In this document: one piece after another, positions 43,094-57,010 of the stretch
Layout of the letters: each line of letters opens with the position of its first letter
How positions within the stretch are numbered: position 1 is the stretch's first letter
Assembly (NCBI RefSeq): GCF_009914755.1
Contig: NC_060934.1
Length of the DNA: 64,000 bases
Strand: one strand, 5' to 3'
Source: the human T2T-CHM13v2.0 reference genome, Homo sapiens
Made by a program: the position numbers and the translations under genes
Notes under the pieces: model-generated
What the model was told of the DNA's origin: nothing
Database searches by the model: none
The model's input: only the letters and a program-made list of their open reading frames with translations

Positions 43094-43106
43094 ATCTCAG
43101 GTGGAG
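43094..43106 (+). CDS. Candidate microexon B (13 nt ATCTCAGGTGGAG, or 6 nt GTGGAG from the second AG)
   Basis: Acceptor ctgttttatag, perfect donor GAG|GTAAGT, branch-like actaat upstream, and TGCATG at 43167-43172. Confidence 0.4.
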
Positions 43107-43249
43107 GTAAGTGAATTTTATCTAATTTTCCCTTAATGTATCTAACTCAGGAGAAAATCATGAATTTGCATGTGTAATTTATGCAATGGCATTCATATGT
43201 AACATACACATACTGGATTCCTTGAAAGTTTGCATAGCACAAAGTAATA

Positions 43250-43420
43250 TAAATGTTTCTGGATGGTCTAAGTGGACTTATTTTTAATCTGTTCTTGGCA
43301 CTAATGAACTGTTTGAATTTGGTCAGAGTACTTAACCTCTCTAGGACTCAGTTTCCTCAATTGCAAAATTAGAAAGTCATAACAGACAATCTCTGGACAA
43401 TATATATTCTCCTGTTCTGC
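43250..43420 (+). mobile_element. MIR
   Basis: Contains cttaacctctctaggactcagtttcctcaattgcaaaat. Confidence 0.75.
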
Positions 43421-44315
43421 AGTGAGATATGCAATTTAATGCTAAATATGTATTTCTATTGGTGTGAAACTGGACAGTACTGAGTTAAATGTTTTTGTCA
43501 TTCAACTGAACATTACAATATGAAAGCATCTCTAGATATATTGGGATTTATATTTCCAGAGAATTGTAATGATTAATAAACATTTGTACCTGAGAATCTT
43601 AAGTAACAAATTAATGTCTCTTTGAGTAAACACGAAGACCTCTACTAATTTTAGATCCAGTACATCTATATGAAAGGAATTAAAGAAGGGAAGCTCTTTG
43701 GAATGATATTTAGGAAATTCATCTGTAAGCTGTGTTTATACAGAAAGCACACAGCTTTTACTTAGATGTTTTTGGTATAATTTTGGTGATTTAGAGGAGA
43801 TAGGGTTGATTAGAACCATCCTGGACCTGTCACAAAGAACTATTTTAATAAAGAATGCTTATATAACCCTCCTTTAAAATAAACAAACAAACAAACAAAC
43901 AAACAAACTGAATAGACCAGCAGGCAAAGAGATGCTTATATACCCTTTGGCCATCCATTTTTTTTTCATTGAGCCTGCCTAGAATTGAGTTGTATATAGG
44001 TGTCCTTAAAGCAAGACAGGGCTGTAAACCTCTGAAACTTTACAATAAGGAGGATATAACTTATGTGTATCAAACTTGTTCATTATCTTATATATTTTTT
44101 ATTCTAGCATTTCATATTTTTATTTTACTTGTAGTGAGGATATTTAGAGAATATGGAAAAGAGAGTGAAAATGTTTAAATCATATTTTTCTCTCTTTTAT
44201 TCTGAAAAACAAGGACTAAAATAACTGAAATCTTTTTAATAGGTCTTTTAATAGATTGTTCAAATTTGAGTATATTCAGACCACGTTGTAGTTATATATT
44301 ACTGGAGATTTCTTA

Positions 44316-44675
<360 letters not shown>

Positions 44676-45026
44676 TTATATCCAAAGATTCCTCTTTAGC
44701 TAGAAAAGTCTTTGTATCTTTACAAAATTTTGCTCGTAACTCCTGTTACTGATGATATTTTGACTTTCTAGCATGAATCATGAATGTTTGTAATGGCATT
44801 TAGAATGGTGAATCCTTTCCAGAAGGTTTATAATTTACTTTGCCTAGATTCATAAGAGGAATCATTATCTATGGCAGCTATAGCCATATGAAATGTATTC
44901 CTTAAATAATAAGACTTGAAAGTCAAAATCACTCCTTGATCCCTGGGCTGCAGAATGGATGTTGTGTTAGCAGGCATGAAAACAACATTAATCTTCCTGT
45001 ATATCTCCATCAGGGGTCTTGGGTGA

Positions 45027-45374
<348 letters not shown>

Positions 45375-45759
45375 TCTGATTGGCAAGTCTTAACAGTGAG
45401 CTTAAAATATTCAGTAAGCCATGCTATACACAGTAAGCCATGCTATACACAATGCTGTCATTTGGGCTTTGTTGTTACATTTATAGAACAGGCAGAGTCA
45501 ATTTATTATAATTCTTAATGGCCTTAGGGTTTTCAGAATGGTAAATGAGCATTTGCTTCAACTCAAAGTCACCAGCTGCATTAGATCCTAGCAAGAGACT
45601 CACTCAGCCTGCCCTTGGAAACTTTGAAGCTAGGCATTGACTTCTCCTCTCTAGCTATGAAAGGCCCAGATGACATCTTCTTCCAAAGGAAGACTGTTTT
45701 GTTTACATTGAAGATCTGTTCTTTAGTGTAGCTACTTTTATCAATTATCTTAGGTAGAT

Positions 45760-46047
45760 TTTTTTTTTTTTTGAGAAACATGGTCTTGCTCTATTACCCA
45801 GGCTGGAGTACAGTGGTGCAATCATAGGTCACTGCAGCCTTGATCTCCTGGGCTCAAGTGGTCCTCCCAAGCAGCTAGTACTGTAGGTGTGCACCACTGT
45901 GCCCAGCTATTACTTTTTTTTTTTTTTTATAGAGACAGGTTCTTTCTATGTTGCCCATGCTGGTCTCAAACTCTTGGCCTCAAGTGATCCTCCTGACCCA
46001 GCCTCCAGATGCACTTGGATTATAGGCTTCAGCCACTGTACCTGGCC
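45760..46047 (-). mobile_element. AluJ within Tigger1
   Basis: TSD tatcttag(g/c)tagat. Confidence 0.92.
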
Positions 46048-47049
46048 TATCTTAGCTAGATGTTTTCGATAACTTGCTGCAGCTTCTACATCAGCACTTG
46101 CTGCTTCACCTTGCACTTTTATGTTATAGACATAGTTGCTTTCCTTAAACCTCGTGAACCAACTTCTGCTATCCTCCAACTTTTCTTCTTCAGCTACCTC
46201 ACTTCTCTCAGACTTCATAGAATTGAAGAGAGTTAGGGCCTTTCTTTGGATTAGGTTACAGATCAAGGGAATGTCATGTCTGGATTTTCTATTTAGACCA
46301 CTAAAACTTTCTCCATATCAGTGATAAGATTGTTTTGCCTTCTTATTTGTGTGTTTACTGGTGTAACACTTTTAATTTCCTTCAGTAACTTTTGTTTTGC
46401 ATTTACAACTTGGCTAACTGTTTCGCACGAGAGGCCTGGCTTTCAGCCTATCTTGGCTTTTGACCTGCTTTCGTCACTAAGTAATCATTTCTTGCTTTTG
46501 ATTTAAAATGAGAGACATGCAACTATTCCTTTCACTTGAACACTTAGAGGCCATTGTAGGCTTATTAATTGGCCTGATTTCAATATTGTTGTGTGTCAGG
46601 GAATAGAGAGGCCCCAGGAGTGAGGAGTGGAAGAGATATGGGAGAACAGCTGGTTTGTGGAGCAGTCAGAACATATACAACATTTATTGATTAAGTTTGC
46701 TGTATTATATGGGCATGGTTCATGGTATCCCAAACAATTATAAAAACTTCAAAGATCACAGATCACCATAACAGATATAATAATAATAAGAGCATTTGAA
46801 ATGTTTCAAGAATTACCAAAATGTGACACAGAGACGCAAAGTGATCACCTGCTGTTGGAAAAATGGTGCCCATAGACTCGCTCAATGCATAGTTGCCACA
46901 AATCTTCAAATTTGTAAAACATGCAGTATCTGTGAAGCACAATAAAGCAAAGTGCAATAAAATGAGGTATGCCTCTGCCTGTGTGTCTTCTTCTAGAGGA
47001 AGATGGACAATAAATAATAAGTAAAATATATATTAGGTAATTGTATTTT

Positions 47050-47374
<325 letters not shown>

Positions 47375-48177
47375 CATTCTTCCCTGTCATTTTCACAGAT
47401 TAAATCTCCACATCAGAAGAAAAGGTGAATATGGAAGAGATGAGGAGAAAGGGAGAGGATTCGAGCATAAAAACTGTGATTGACATTTAATATTTGTTTT
47501 ATTCATTCAGAAAGTGTGGAATACAGTGTTTGTCTTTCTGGGCCTGGCTTATTTCACTTAGCATAATGTCCTCCAGGTCCATTCATATTCTTGTAAATGA
47601 CAAGGTTTCCTTCTTTTTTAAGACCAAGCTGAATAGTATTCATGTATATGTGTGTGTGTTTCTAAATATATATATGTATGTCTAAGTATATATATAATTA
47701 CACACACACACACACACACACTACGTTTGCTTTATCCATTCATCTATCCATGGATACTTAGGTTGATTCCATTTATTGGCTACTGTGAATAATTCTGAAC
47801 ATGGAAGTGCAGATATCTCTTCAGCATACTGATTTAATTTTCTTTGGCTATATCCCAGAAGTGAGATTACTGGATCATATGCTAGTTATATTTTTAATTT
47901 TTTGAGGAGCTTTCATACCATTTTTTATAGTGGCTATACTAATTTACATTCCCACCAACAGTGTATAAGTGTTCCCTTTTCTCCACATCCTCACCAGCCC
48001 TTGTTATCTTTTGTCTTTTTGATAACCATTCTAACAAGTGTGAGGTGATATCTCATTGTGGTTTTTATTTGCATTTCCCTGATGGTTAGTGATGTTGAAC
48101 ATTTTTTTAATACACCTATTGGCCATTTGTATTTTTTTTTTTTTGAGAAATGTCTATTCAGGTTCTTTGCCCATTTT

Positions 48178-48585
48178 CTTTTCTTCAACTTTTAAGTTCA
48201 GGGGAACACGTGCAGGATGTACACATTTGTTACATAAGTAAATATGTGCCATGATGGTTTGCTGCACAGGTGATCCCATCACCTACATAGTTAAGGCCAG
48301 CATCCATTAGCTATTTTTCCTGATGCTCTCCCTCCCCCTAACAGGCTTCAGTGTGAGTTGTTCCTGCCCACATGTCCATGTGCTCTCATTGTTCAGCGAC
48401 CATTTATAAGTGAATAAGTGAGAACATGTAGTGTGTGGTTTTCTGTTCCTGCGTTAGTTTGCTGAGGATAATGGCTTCCAGCTCCATCCATGTCCCTGCA
48501 AAGGACATGATATTATTCCTTTTTATGGCTGCATAGTATTCCATGGTGTATATGTACCACATTTTCTTTATGTAGTCTATCATTG
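48178..48585 (-). mobile_element. L1PA (older, about PA10-13) 3' fragment nested in L1MA
   Basis: ORF 48404-48598 (IKKMWYIYTMEYYAAIK) and TSD tt(g/a)cccatttt. Confidence 0.88.
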
Positions 48586-49084
48586 TTGCTTTACCCATTT
48601 TTTAATTGAGTATTTATTTTCTTGCTATTGAGTTTTTTTGAGTTTTTAAATATATTTTGGATGTTATTTCCTTGTCAGATATAAGGTTTGCAAATGTTTT
48701 CTCCCATTCTGTAGATTTTCTCTTTACTCGATTGGTAGTTTCCTTTGCTGTGCACGATCTCATTTATATGTTGAGTCTTTAAATACTTGAACTCATAGAA
48801 GCAGAGAATAGAACAGAGGTTGCCAGGAGATAGGGGCTGGGGAGAAATGTTGGCCAAAAAGTAAAAAGTTTCAGTTAGACAGGATAAATAAATTCTGGAG
48901 ATCTATCATACAGCATGGTGACTATAGTTAATAATAACGTGTTGTATACTTGAATATTATTAAGAGAGTAGATCTTCAGTGTTTTTACTATAAATAAGTA
49001 TATAAGGTGATGGATATGTTAATTACCTTGACTAATTTCACAACATATACATATATCAAAACATCACATTGTGCACTGTAAATA

Positions 49085-49311
49085 CAGATGGTCACTGACG
49101 ATTATTTGACTTATGGCTTTTTCACTTTATGATGGTGCAAAAGTGATTCACATTCAGTAAACTCTTCATCTTATGATTGTGCTATGTCTAGATAAAGCCA
49201 TTTTAAGTTAAAAATGCCGTGTAAGCCAAAAATACACATTTGACTTACTGTATTTCTAATTTACAGTGGGTTGATCAGCATGTAACCTCATTGTAAGCCA
49301 AGGAATGTCTG
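49085..49311. mobile_element. MER47/Tigger5-derived MITE
   Basis: TA TSDs, running from cagatggtc to cattgtaagccaaggaatgtctg. Confidence 0.8.
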
Positions 49312-50874
49312 TATCTACAATTCTTAATTGTCAATTGCACCTTAATAAAGCTGGAGAGAATTTCTGCTAAGAAAAATAAGTGAAAGAAAGCACACACACA
49401 CGCGCAAGAAGTGTGAAATGAAGAAAAACCACCCTAAATACCTGCGATATCTTGCTGCCTTATACACAGGACACTTACAAACACACACACACACACACAC
49501 AGAAACACAAACACACACACACAGTAACCTGAAGCCTTGATTCAGTCACCTGGACAACCTAATTCCATTGACTTCTCCAGGTTTTCTGTGGCCTTAACAA
49601 TTTGCTAACATAATACCTCACAAATGGCAAATTTATTGCTGTGCTAAGCTGCATTTCTGCTGTCAGCAGTACAGCAGCAAACGAAACACCTCACAAGGGA
49701 ACCGTTGAATTAAATGGTGCACACTGGGCTGGCTGTGTTCTCTCCCATTTTGGAATGACTTCACTTTCTCAGCTCTCACGTGAGATAAAGACTCTCTTCA
49801 TCTGTGGCTAGACTTCTGAAGAGGTTTTTGGGATTTATGACTCTTAGGGAAGACAGGAGCAATGAAACACTACCAAATTTAAATAGCCACCCTAGCTTTT
49901 ATAACTGCTACTATTGATAGGACAGTTAATTGCCTGTGTGCTTCATTTTTAACTATTGGGCATAAGTGGAAACTGAAAAGTTGACAAAATTATAAAAAGG
50001 TTAAAAGAGAGCAAAAGGAAAGAATGAAGAAGATACTGAAATTCAGAATGATTTGGTTTGAAATATCAAACTTTTTGGTAAAATGATTGGAATATTTTTA
50101 AAATTTATATTTTTTGAAAGTTTGTATACATTAAGTTATTATAGAAAATCTATTTGTAGACATTCGTTATTGACCCTATTCCTCTAGCTTAACTTAATGG
50201 TTTGGTAGCTAGGGAAGCCATTTTCCAAAACTGAAGAAAAAGATTTAAAGAATGACAGTGTTAACAGTATAACTATAGATAATGCTAAAGCATATACAGT
50301 TCGTCTGTATAATTTGGTTAGTGCATTGGGTTTGTGAGTTAATTTACTTGGAATGTACCTGAATAAGAAAGGACTAATTCCTGTCTTCCTAATGGAGAAA
50401 GAGAAATACATAGATATATATAGATATACATAGAAATACATAGATGCCAAGGAATCCTCACAATTTTCTATCCTAGAACCCATCTGTGGCAACAATAGAA
50501 CTGTGATTGAAGTGAAGGTCTCAGAGAGATCAGAAAGACTGAAGCCTATTGATAAACTTTATTTAGTATCTAAAAACACATTTCATACTTGTAGGAAATT
50601 GTTAAGTGTCAATAATAATAGTACATAAATATATGTACTAATATTTATGTTAGTTCCAATATAATATATATGTACTAACATAAATATGTACTCCATTATG
50701 TAAATATTTGGTACCTAATGTTTGTTTTGTTGGAATGTTTCCTTAGTCACTAGAATTCCTAAAGAACATATTCATAGCATATTTTAATCTTTAATGACTT
50801 AAAAGTCAATCTGTCCAGTAAACAAATGAAAGCTATTATAAATATTTATTTTTGTCTATAGAAATGAATCAATT

Positions 50875-51180
50875 GGCCGGGCGTGGTACCTCATGCCTGT
50901 AATCCCAGCACTTTGGAAGGCCAAGGCAGGTGGATCACCTGAGGTCAGGGGTTCAAGACCAACCTGGTCAACATGATGAAACCCCGTCTGTACTAAAAAT
51001 ACAAAAATTAGCCAGGCATCATGGCGGACACCTGTAATCCCAGATACTTGGGCAGCTGAGGCAGGAGAATTGATTGAACTCGGGAGGCGGAGGTTGCAGT
51101 GAGATGAGATTGCGCCATTGTGCTCCAGCCTGGGCAACAAGAGCGAAACTTCATCACAAAAAAAAAAAAAAAAAAAAAAA
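50875..51180 (+). mobile_element. AluSp/Sq
   Basis: gcgccattg and caacaagagcgaaact diagnostics. Confidence 0.93.
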
Positions 51181-51310
51181 GAATTACTAAAGAAAAATAA
51201 TATAAAAGACATTTTATACATCTCAGTTTAGTAATGTTTCTGTATATGATTACTTTCCATTTACTATTCCTAGCTAACTGGAAATGTTCCAGTATCATTC
51301 TTCCTGGTAG

Positions 51311-51695
<385 letters not shown>

Positions 51696-52034
51696 TTATT
51701 TTCGTTGCTTGGCCTGCCATACAAATATTCAATGGTTTTAAGCTTTTATGATTTGGATTTGTTAAGCCTGCCCTTGGATCTCACTGTGACTTTCCTGAGA
51801 CACATTCCCAAAGGACAAACTCTTACCTCTTTTTTTTTTTTAAAGTTTGATTGAATAATTTATTATTCCAGAAAAACAAGAGTAAATGTGGATATTAAAG
51901 GAAATAAAGACAAATCCATTCTCTACAATGCTTGGGGGCTAATTTAACCTACAGTAATTAGACATCTAGCAGATCTCACAACTAGTCAAACCAGTACTTC
52001 CAAACACTTGTTTTATTACATGTTTTGTCACTAG

Positions 52035-52064
52035 GTTACGATGGCGTCATCAAATATTTTTATC
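52035..52064 (+). CDS. Candidate 30-nt microexon C (GYDGVIKYFY / VTMASSNIFI / LRWRHQIFLS)
   Basis: Acceptor tgttttgtcactag, donor ATC|GTAAGC, all three frames open, and a local CpG cluster in otherwise CpG-poor DNA. Confidence 0.5.
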
Positions 52065-52246
52065 GTAAGCGTCTATACTTGCAGTGAGTCAAGACCGTGT
52101 TTCTCTCAGCTACTGCAAATAATAATGTTAATAGTATTAGTGATGATAAAAATTGTAACACTTTGGATGTTAAAAACACTAGAAGTTGTTAGTAAAGGTC
52201 TCTGGAGATTTCTACTCAGAATTTAAATGAGAACTTGAGATAATTC

Positions 52247-52363
52247 TTTTTTTTTTTTTGTTATACTTTAAGTTTTAGGGTACATGTGCACATTGTGCAG
52301 GTTAGTTACATATGTATACATGTGCCATGCTGGTGCGCTACACCCACTAACTCGTCATCTAGC
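52247..52363 (-). mobile_element. Young L1PA2/3 extreme 3' fragment (about 117 bp)
   Basis: Poly(T) followed by tatactttaagttttagggtacatgtgcacattgtgcaggttagttac...actaactcgtcatctagc. This is the GAG type, not the Ta ACA type. Confidence 0.93.
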
Positions 52364-53169
52364 TTACCTCTTACATATTATCTCACTCCCTCTTTCCTGA
52401 CAGATGTAGGATTGTGTAACATCTGTGTTTATTTCCTTTAACTTTTTAAAACCTTCCTCTTCTAGCTAAGATATCCTTTTATTTCTCTTTTCTATTCCTA
52501 ACACGGCCCCTCTTTTTATAATTGTCCCCAGTGGCAATGACTCACATTTATTGAAACTAGAATTTTTTATGGTTGCTGAAGGAGCACAGAAGCAAAGTCA
52601 CATATACTAAAATTTAGTATAAGGGAACTCAAGTTTGGCGAGGCATTTGAGTACCTCCAAGGAGCATTTCTGCTCTTTGGATAGTTTATTAAGTAGTGTT
52701 ATAATAGACACCAAAATCAAAGAAAACCAGGCTACCCTCAGGATACTATATAGGATTTGCAGCTTAGTAGATTGATCCTGTTATCACTCTGATTTGATTA
52801 TGTTTAGAGGTTATATCTTGGGAATGTTTAGGAAACAGTTTATGGTCTGTGATACTGGGATTGAATTATACTTTCTTCTACCCTTCATCAAGTAAACCTT
52901 TTTTTTCCTTCATGAATGAAAACAAGTTAAAGCAATGTTAAGTTGTTGAAATTTGACTCATTGACATTTGAATGGTTAAGGCCTTGAGGATTTTAGAAAA
53001 AAACACCATTCTTTTAACTACCTAAGAGAATCCAGTAGAGAGGAATGGAATGTTTTTCCTTAGTAGAAGGACTTCACAACTGCATAATACAATGTTTGTT
53101 CCTATATATTGAATGCCCAAATTATAATAAATAGTAATCGAATAGTAAATGCCCATTTTTATTTTTTAA

Positions 53170-53521
<352 letters not shown>

Positions 53522-54299
53522 TAGAATACTGCTTTCATATCTGCCACTGGTAAGGGAAAGGGATGACAATTCTTCCTTAGGGGATAGTATACCACATTTA
53601 GCAGTATTTTTGCTCTTTGCTGACATAATTTTAGTACTTGAATTAGATGAATATCACTCTTTTCTATAACTTAATGTTGTTTTGGTGTGATCAGCTGGTT
53701 TTGATCTGTCTAGCATTTATTATGATTAGAGGTGAAGATGAACAAGGGAATTCTATCCATGAACCCGTAGCAGAAAAAGAGACTGACTTACACATTACTC
53801 CAGGAGGTGTGATAGCACATTACAGTGTGTAAGGAATAACTTAACCTTAAGAAAGGCTAACATCAATGACTCTGTAAATATCTGGTCACCGCTGCCTATG
53901 GCTTTCATCGGTATATCTGGCCTCTCTCACCCCAGTCACTGCACTCCAAGGTTAGAGGCTTGAGTCCCGCATGCTTTGTTCTCTACATCAGGGCATGACA
54001 TTATTTGAGAAGAACCCATTTTATAATGGTTCAAAAAAGATCCTTTGCTTTCTCTGGGATTTGATTCAAAATAATATGTGAGAGTGACAATGGCAGTGTA
54101 GATAAAGTAAGACTGGTAATGAATTGATAATTTTAAATGGGGAATTACTATTTGCTCTATTGGTGTATGTTTGAAAAAGTCTGCAATAAAAAGTTAAAAG
54201 AATATATAAACAAAAAATTGAGTCCAAAAAGTGAAAAAAAAAGTTAAAAGTCCTTTGTTTATATGTGACATCCAATAAAGTACATGCTGTATGGCTCTG

Positions 54300-54465
54300 T
54301 GATGTTAAACTTGGAGATTCCTAGAATGCATTGATCAGAAATCACCTGCGGGGGGGCGAATACATTTCTGGTTTCCCATACCTAGAGATTCTGATTCAGT
54401 AGATGGGAGGAGGGCAGCAGTTTCCCAGTGATTCTGATGTGCTGACAAGCTTGGAGGCCCCTGCC
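54300..54465. mobile_element. MER5A-like
   Basis: Contains cagaaatcacctg...agagattctgattcagtag...gtgattctgatgtgc. Confidence 0.8.
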
Positions 54466-54615
54466 ATTGTTAGTTGGCTAGATAGTGCTATGAAACTAAT
54501 TTTGGCAAAAGACTTTGATGAAGATAGAAAATAGTAAAATTGATGGAATTCACCAATTTGGTGATATTGACAATGTTTCTTAAGCTAGGACTTTCTTTTC
54601 CTTTTTGGTTTGTAG

Positions 54616-54648
54616 CCTATGATGTTGGTTTACCTGGAATAAAATCTA
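54616..54648 (+). CDS. Candidate 33-nt exon D (phase 1 xYDVGLPGIKS) or start of a terminal exon
   Basis: Strong acceptor ctttcttttcctttttggtttgtag and possible donor CTA|GTAAGA. Followed by about 2 kb of largely unique UTR-like sequence with AATAAA at about 56464 and 56536. Confidence 0.45.
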
Positions 54649-56809
54649 GTAAGAATTCATAGAATATTGAAGCTAAAATTTTACTTAGACATCCCTGTCC
54701 TAGCTCTTTATTTTCTGATAAAGAAATTGAGACATAGAACATGGCACACAACTCAACATCTAGGTTTAGCAAATGTTTACTGGAAACCTGTAAGGAGCCT
54801 GGTACTGTATTTGCAGAGGCATTTGGGACACAGAGCTGTAGTTCCCGACCTGGAGAAACTTAGCCATACTTTCTGACTTTCATTTCATTGTTCTTTCCAT
54901 CATACCGTGCTGCCTCCCTTCTCCTCTTCCCTCTAACTTTAAATAATAAGCTGATTTAACTTCAAAGAGAACATTTCAATTTTAATTCCTAGTATTTAGG
55001 ATCTCTCGTTATAACTTAAAAAAATTCGACACTAATCTTAGAAATAACTGCTGTTTACCACTAAGGAAAGATAGTTATTCTCCATGTTATAAATGGCTTC
55101 AATATACTTTAGGGTTCTGGGTTTCCCCCAGCATTGGCATCTGAAAAAGAAAGATGTCTTAGAGCAGCAGGAGAAGTATGGGATACATGAGCTGTTCATT
55201 CTTGCCTGACATGAACTGGCCTGTAGAGGATGAGCTGGGCATTTGGGATCAAGTTTAGAGAAATCTGACAGAAAGAAATTTCACTTTCTTGGGATTCACA
55301 GGATCATAGAGTCTTACCAACGAGAGAGGCACTCAAAGAATGTGAAGGTTCAGTTGATTATTTTTTAACTTGGGCTTGGCTGTAGAACATAACTCTTCTT
55401 CGTATGACTTTTTCATTTCCTGGAATTCTCCTAACAACAAAACAAGAGGCTTAGTATCCAAAAGGAATGGAGTAAACACTGCAGGCAAGCAGGAGCACAT
55501 TAGAAATTTTTACCTATTCTTTATTAGATAGGGATTTAGTAGTCATCTTAAATGGCACGATAGTTTGAATGCCCACACTTCTGCATGTGGTCTTTCTCTT
55601 GGTTCATTTTTTAGGTATCCCAGTGGTTCTTAAATATAATATGTAAAGGGATTACTGTAGTGCAAGGTTGTATATACATATCTGTATGTGAACTTTAGAA
55701 GAGTTTAAAAGGATTTTCTTAATGTTAATTCTGTAGCATTTGGCTACAGGTGATGTTACAACCCATCCCCAATGTAAGACGTTAGTACTGTAATGACGCA
55801 CTTGTCCCACTGTAACTAAGTAGCTGGATATGTTACAATGGAAAAGGGAGAATGAATGATTGAAAATAGATTTTTATTCAAGAGGAAAAGAATCATTATT
55901 TCCTAGTTTCTAAATATCCTTCAAAATGAGAAGAGGCTAAAGACATATTAACTAAGTATATCAGCAGTTGTCTACCAATATTATTTATTCTCAAAGGACA
56001 TAGTGGTTCTTTTTCCTAAGAGAAGATAGTACAAACTATTTAAATGTAGACGATTTCCTGGAGCTTTGAAAAAAAGAAAATGACTGGGCAGAGCTTCTTA
56101 TTTGACATCATTTGGGTTTAATTTCAAGTGTCCTGGCCCAAGTATAGACAACCCACAGACAGACTCCTCCGTGTACTCTTGACAGTGTTCCTCAGATATT
56201 GCTTTATTTTGTAAACCAGATATTGCTTTATTTTGTAAACCTATACATTATAGTTCAAATATACTGTGGTTCTTTTAGAGAAAATGCATTAGTTCTATTT
56301 ATAAAAACGCTGAAAGGAGAGTGATATCCTACTAGAAATCAAAGAGAATATTTTATGTATAAAAAGTTAAAATGGAATTTTTAAAAAGACAACAGGCAAC
56401 TTTTATAAAATGACAATTAGAAGTTAAAGTAGATGTATTTTAAGTTTTGGCATACGTAATAACAATAAAACCCCAAAAGTTAGGCATTAAACTATTCACT
56501 TTGTAGCTAACAAAACATTTTGGATTTAAATGAAGAATAAAATTTGGAACAATTATTAAAATAACTCCAAATGGAATGCATTGAGAGCTTATTCTGTTAT
56601 TGCTATTTTCTCAAAATCTATAATTATCATTTTTGTCCTGCTGGAAACCTGTTTAATCTCCTGTCATTGCGAAGCTTCAATGCATATGACAACAGAATTG
56701 ACATCAGGAGTCCAAGTAAGTCCAGAATTGCTGTGACAGGTCAGGTTCATTTTTCAGTAAGCAATCCAATTTCTTTCACACTATGCAAGCAGAGCTAGAA
56801 TGTACGATA

Positions 56810-57010
56810 TCTGAAGGAACCAAGGTCTGAATGGGTAAAACTTGAGAACTAGATTCTAGTTATGATTGTTACAGAATTGCTGGCTCACTTCAGGCATTTA
56901 ATGTCTATGTGACCCAGTTCTCCTTGTAAGATGGTATCAGTATTACCTCCTTTACTACCTCATAAAATTCTTGTGAGAATAAAATGTGATACTAGATGTG
57001 AAAAGGGAAG
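56810..57010 (+). mobile_element. MIR
   Basis: Contains ctacctcataaaattcttgtgagaataaaatgtgata. Confidence 0.7.

Larger units (their letters stand above)
47523..49408. mobile_element. 5'-inverted (twin-primed) L1MA insertion
   Basis: The minus segment 47523-48754 joins a plus-strand 3' segment at tgca. TSD aagtgtg(g/a)aat at 47512-47522 and 49409-49419. Confidence 0.75.

Noticed and set aside
52079-52118. Hairpin ttgcagt...actgcaa as a miRNA or structured RNA
   Set aside because: Only a 7-8 bp stem, too short for a pre-miRNA, and it resembles a fragment of the Alu right arm.
53647-53832. ORF with protein-like composition (RGEDEQGNSIHEPVAEKETD)
   Set aside because: No good acceptor or donor, and no recognisable homology.
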